From NCBI GenBank assembly GCA_017444395.1, contig JAFSWT010000136.1:3795-67794 (forward strand): DNA of 64,000 nucleotides, given 5' to 3'. Position 1 is the stretch's first letter. Every line of letters starts with the position of its first letter. The DNA comes from Schwartzia sp. (in: firmicutes) (GTDB lineage: Bacteria > Bacillota > Negativicutes > Selenomonadales > Selenomonadaceae). A program made the translations under genes and the position numbers. Shown here one piece after another: positions 62,026 through 64,000 of the stretch. The notes under the pieces are model-generated. The model saw only the letters and a list, made by a program, of their open reading frames with translations, did not search any database and had not been told where the DNA came from.

Positions 62026-63291
62026 ATGCTTGAACTCATGATGGTCACCGCGGTGGTGATCGTGTGCGCCGTCATCTACCTGCTGGTGAAGGGCCACGAG
62101 GCCCGGGTGGTCCTGATTGGCGCCGGTCTCCTGATGGCCTGCATCGGCGGCATGCCCAGGGCAGCCCTCGACGCCTTCGCCAAGAGCATGACGAACGCCG
62201 GCCTCATCAAGGCCGTCTGCTCCTGCATGGGCTTCGCCATGGTCATGCGCTTCACGGGCTGCGACAAGCACCTCATCAACGCCATGGCCAACGTCATCTC
62301 GAAGGTCCGTCCGCTGTTGATCCCGGGCGCCGTGCTGGGGACGTTCCTGGTGAACATCGCCCTGCCCAGCGCCGCCGGCACCGCGGCCGCCGCCGGCGCC
62401 ATCTTCATCCCGCTCCTCATGGGCGCCGGCATCCATCCGGCCCTGGCCGCCGCCGCCGTGAAATGCGGCACCTACGGCAGCATGCTGAACCCCGGCCTCG
62501 CCCATAACCCCTTCGTGGCGAAAATCGCCGACGTCGATGTCATGGAGGTCATCGGCTTCCACTACGCCGCCAACTTCGCCTCCCTGTTCACCGCCATGAT
62601 CGCCATCACCGTCGTGGCCTACGTGCTGAAAGAGGACAAGGACTACGTGGCCGAAGGCCTGGAAATCGAGAAGGACTTCCGGGTCAACTACCTGTACGCC
62701 CTGATGCCGGCGCTGCCCATCGTCATCCTGATGCTGGGCGCGACAAAGCTCGTCCCCGCCCTCAAGATGGAAGTGCCTCACGCCATGATCATCGGCACCC
62801 TGATTTCCCTGGTCGTCACCCGGACGAAGCCCGCCGACATCGGCAAGGCGTTCTTTGACGGCATGGGCGCCGCCTACGGCTCCATCATCGGCATCATCAT
62901 CGCCGCCGGTGTCTTCGTCTCCGGCCTCACCGCCACCGGCCTCGTCAAGGCCTTCATCGCCGCCATGCTGAACAACCCGGCCATCGTGAAGCTCTGCGCC
63001 GCCGTCGGCCCGTTCCTGCTGGGCTTTTTGACCGGCTCCGGCGACGCCGCCACCTTCGCCTTCAACGAGGCCGTCACCCCTCACGCGCCGGAGTTCGGCA
63101 TGTCCATCGTCCAGATGGGCTCGATGGCGACGCTGGGCGGCACCCTGGGCCGCACCATCTCGCCGATTGCCGGCGCCACCATCATCTGCGCCGGTTTCGC
63201 CGGTGTCAGCCCGGTGGAAATCACCAAGCGCAACGGTATCCCCATCATCCTGGCGCTGATCGTCGGCATGTTCCTGCTGGCGCAGGGCTGA
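62026..63291 (+). CDS. DcuC family anaerobic C4-dicarboxylate transporter
   Basis: 421 aa and polytopic. The N-terminus resembles DcuC. RBS AAGGAGG lies upstream. Confidence 0.75.
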   Translation: MLELMMVTAVVIVCAVIYLLVKGHEARVVLIGAGLLMACIGGMPRAALDAFAKSMTNAGLIKAVCSCMGFAMVMRFTGCDKHLINAMANVISKVRPLLIPGAVLGTFLVNIALPSAAGTAAAAGAIFIPLLMGAGIHPALAAAAVKCGTYGSMLNPGLAHNPFVAKIADVDVMEVIGFHYAANFASLFTAMIAITVVAYVLKEDKDYVAEGLEIEKDFRVNYLYALMPALPIVILMLGATKLVPALKMEVPHAMIIGTLISLVVTRTKPADIGKAFFDGMGAAYGSIIGIIIAAGVFVSGLTATGLVKAFIAAMLNNPAIVKLCAAVGPFLLGFLTGSGDAATFAFNEAVTPHAPEFGMSIVQMGSMATLGGTLGRTISPIAGATIICAGFAGVSPVEITKRNGIPIILALIVGMFLLAQG

Positions 63292-63435
63292 AACCCGAAC
63301 CACGCGGAAAAACCGCAAGGGCCGCCGCCCGCCATTTACGGCGCGGGCGACGGCCCTTTTTCTTGCCCCCGGACGGAAAGATATGGTATCATTTAGCTGG
63401 CAACGAAGCCAAAACACCTGCAGGGAGGTTTTGCC

Positions 63436-64000
63436 ATGTCTCAGAAATTCAATATTCCCATCACCCGCCGCGCCTTCATGAAAATGGCCGCCGCCGCTGC
63501 CGGCAGCCTGGCCGCGGCGCCGCTGCTTCCCACGGCCGCCGCCGGCCCGATGTCCGGCAACACCGGCGATACGATTTCCTACGCCGGAAAAGACATTCCC
63601 GTACTCTTCCGGGCAGACTGCTGCGTCGTGGGCGGCGGCCCCTCCGGCACCGCTGCCGCCGTCAGCGCCGCCCAAAGCGGCCTTGCCACCGTGCTCATCG
63701 AGCGCGGCATCGCCCTGGGCGGGCTGGGGACCCTGGGCTGCGTGCTGCCCTTCATGGACCCGCTGGCCCCCGGCTGCGACACCCCCTATACGAAAAAGCT
63801 CAAGGAACGGATGCGCCGCCACGGCATCGAAATGGAGGACGGCGTGACCCGGCAGGGCTGGATCAATCCCGAGGTCTTGTCGCTGGTCCTGGACGAGTTC
63901 TGCGACGAGGCCGGCGTGTCAATCCTCTACCATACCGTTTTCGTGGACGCCCTGACAGAAGGGCCGCGGATTGACGCCATCGTCGTCCAGACCATTGCCG
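63436..64000 (+). CDS. FAD-dependent oxidoreductase with Tat signal (partial; 3' end outside the window)
   Basis: RBS AGGGAGG lies upstream. The Tat signal is MSQKFNIPITRRAFMKMAAAAAG, and CCVVGGGPSGTAAAVSAA is a GxGxxG motif. It is absent from the ORF track because no stop falls within the window. Confidence 0.7.
   Translation, partial: MSQKFNIPITRRAFMKMAAAAAGSLAAAPLLPTAAAGPMSGNTGDTISYAGKDIPVLFRADCCVVGGGPSGTAAAVSAAQSGLATVLIERGIALGGLGTLGCVLPFMDPLAPGCDTPYTKKLKERMRRHGIEMEDGVTRQGWINPEVLSLVLDEFCDEAGVSILYHTVFVDALTEGPRIDAIVVQTIA

Noticed and set aside
1-64000. A search by eye for CRISPR arrays, rRNA genes, IS elements, integrases, prophage structural genes and known multi-gene defence systems (RM, CBASS, retron, Thoeris, and others).
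   Set aside because: I recognised no spaced direct-repeat arrays, rRNA signatures, transposase or integrase motifs, reverse transcriptases, cyclases of the CD-NTase type or TIR/SIR2 effectors. The AT-rich islets therefore cannot be tied to a defined mobile element from this window alone.

Overview
High-GC chromosomal segment, over 60% GC on sampled coding lines, from a Gram-positive anaerobe. It is most likely a Clostridia genome (Oscillospiraceae/Ruminococcaceae-like). This is inferred from GGAGG-type ribosome-binding sites, a Phe T-box leader on pheST, the pheT-zapA neighbourhood, DUF47-Pit, a SpoIIAA/AB-like pair, reverse rubrerythrin and NrdG. I call about 60 protein genes and one tRNA-Arg(CCU). 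I saw no rRNA, CRISPR array, integrase or transposase. Most of the window is housekeeping or metabolism: pheST, nadE, pit, cstA, dcuC-like, MATE, PhzF, YbaK, glyoxalase, thioesterase and nucleoside hydrolase. Several accessory patches stand out. (1) A nine-gene coupled operon at 50.3-58.9 kb combines amino-sugar enzymes, a dedicated ACP plus KAS III, and a GT41-like fusion protein. (2) An accessory stretch at 33.5-42.3 kb holds an RHH-ParA/ParB pair, an FkbM methyltransferase killed by one in-frame TAG, an orphan LpdD-like protein, an 867-aa TPR-glycosyltransferase-radical SAM fusion whose composition changes mid-ORF, and an AT-rich orphan HsdR_N-type PD-(D/E)xK nuclease. (3) A small AT-richer islet at 22.2-23.0 kb holds a PBECR-like nuclease ORF and an independently transcribed structured RNA candidate. 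(4) A FIST-sensor phosphorelay sits next to an orphan STAS/anti-sigma-kinase pair. (5) Small toxin-antitoxin remnants include BrnT/BrnA-like genes between pheT and zapA, and an orphan DUF104 antitoxin flanked by a duplicated hairpin. All family assignments come from motifs I recognised by eye, because no searches could be run. The many 100-1000 aa ORFs antisense to real genes are high-GC artefacts.
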